Below are positions 33,121 through 34,188 of a stretch of 34,188 nt of DNA, one piece after another. The DNA comes from a virus (taxonomy: Duplodnaviria > Caudoviricetes): IMG/VR virus record IMGVR_UViG_3300042191_000021, positions 1 to 34,188 of that record, one strand, 5' to 3'. The stretch's first letter is position 1. Every line of letters begins with the position of its first letter. The position numbers were made by a program, and so were the translations under genes. The notes beneath the pieces were generated by a model. It did not search any database. It had not been told where the DNA came from and saw nothing but the letters and a program-made list of their open reading frames with translations.

Positions 33121-34187
33121 TACGCACCACCTCGCACGCGGCGATACCAGACGCCGCTATCGAGAGGATTGGTAATGGTCAGGCGGGCTTCGTTACCCGA
33201 GAACGAGTTATTGACTCCACCGGCCGGGATCGACTGCCAAGTGCCGCCATCCCAGTATTCCCAACTCGTCTGATCCTGATTGCTCTTGTAGGAGCGGAAG
33301 TCAGGACCATCGAAGGTTGCGGCCTTGTCGATCTCGATGTGGAAGTGCATCGAGCCAGCCGCCTGCGGCATGGTGAATACCAGCGTCGGCGAAGCGTCCA
33401 TCGGGACGTTGTTGATCGGCGTCGTCCAGATCGGCTTGCCGATCCGACTGAGGGCCGCGTCAGCGGTGAAGGATGCGGCGCCCTGAGTCCGTAGGACAGC
33501 GTCAGCCGTAAGGGTCGATGTCTGCTGGACCCGCAGAACTGCATCGGCCACGAAGGTCGAACTCTGCGTTGCAAGCAAGATTGCATCGGCAGTTAGAGAG
33601 CCGATCTGAGTGCGGAATAGGACAGCATCCGCCGCAATCGAGCCCGACTGACTAAATGTTAGAACCGCGTCTGCGCTGAAGGAGCCAGACCGCCCAATCC
33701 GCAGGACCGCATCTGCGGCCAGCGAACTACTGATCGTAGCCCTCAAAATGGCATCTGTTGTTATTGAGCCGCTGACCGTCTTGGAGAGGATGGCGTCGGC
33801 GTTGAACGAGCCGCTCTGGGTACGAAGCAGAACGGCATCAGCGGTCAGACCGCCACTCTGCGTCTTCAGGATCACCGCGTAGGCAGTGAACGAGCCCTCA
33901 ACCGTCTGTGCCCCAGCCGCTAGAACCGCGTCGGCTGTAACCGACCCAGACTGGACGACTCGCAAAATCGAATCAGCCGCGAATGATCCGGCAATCGTCT
34001 TCTTGAAGACGGCATCGTATGTCAGTGATCCACTCTGGGCCTTGAACAGAATGCTATCTGCTGTGAATGAACCGCTCTGGGTTCGCTTCAGGACAGCGGC
34101 GGCAGATAGGCTGCCAGATTGGCCCCTGAGCAGAATGGCGTCGGCAGTAAGAGAACTCGCTTGCGTTCGGCGCAGAACAGCGTCGGC
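33120..34187 (-). CDS. fibre-like repeat protein with a C-terminal FN3/Ig-like domain (5' truncated by the window)
   Basis: Frame is open to the window edge; about 18 repeats visible; C-terminal P...P.N....PTL.F...HIEID....F...L.SGVWY.RVR. Confidence 0.8.
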   Translation of the reverse strand, partial: ADAVLRRTQASSLTADAILLRGQSGSLSAAAVLKRTQSGSFTADSILFKAQSGSLTYDAVFKKTIAGSFAADSILRVVQSGSVTADAVLAAGAQTVEGSFTAYAVILKTQSGGLTADAVLLRTQSGSFNADAILSKTVSGSITTDAILRATISSSLAADAVLRIGRSGSFSADAVLTFSQSGSIAADAVLFRTQIGSLTADAILLATQSSTFVADAVLRVQQTSTLTADAVLRTQGAASFTADAALSRIGKPIWTTPINNVPMDASPTLVFTMPQAAGSMHFHIEIDKAATFDGPDFRSYKSNQDQTSWEYWDGGTWQSIPAGGVNNSFSGNEARLTITNPLDSGVWYRRVRGGA

Positions 34188-34188
34188 A

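Noticed and set aside
30580-34188. 42-nt periodic DNA repeats as a CRISPR array or DGR template
   Set aside because: The repeats are degenerate at synonymous positions and in frame, so they are protein-level. No reverse transcriptase or adenine-specific TR/VR pair was seen.

Overview
This window is a 34-kb slice of a GC-rich (roughly 60% by eye) tailed dsDNA phage or prophage with a siphovirus-type tail. It has two convergent arms that meet with no gap at 10673/10674. The + arm (1-10673) is a tightly coupled early/replication module: a Cas4/RecB-like PD-(D/E)XK nuclease, a Rad52/Sak-type annealing protein, an NrdR-type zinc-ribbon fusion, a wHTH protein, a replication initiator with a probable internal origin, an HNH-like protein, RusA, a SLOG-like protein and many small Cys/His proteins. 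The - arm (34188 down to 10674) is the virion module, in this order: two large repeat proteins, three small membrane-associated genes, a BppU-like protein, a GT4 glycosyltransferase, protease/scaffold, major capsid, neck proteins, tail tube plus a paralog, a frameshifted tail chaperone, tape measure, two paralogous tail-hub proteins and several fibre/RBP genes. No terminase, portal, integrase, endolysin, tRNA or CRISPR array was recognised. Three things stand out: (1) four virion genes built from the same 14-aa [GS]S[FL]TADA[VI]L repeat (about 80 copies in the window), two of them clustered with a glycosyltransferase; (2) a structured leader before the replication gene whose 8-nt hairpin loop is the exact complement of that gene's Shine-Dalgarno region, with a similar architecture after the capsid gene; (3) a duplicated tail hub with no recognisable Dit gene. 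All functional calls come from motif recognition by eye; no database search was run.
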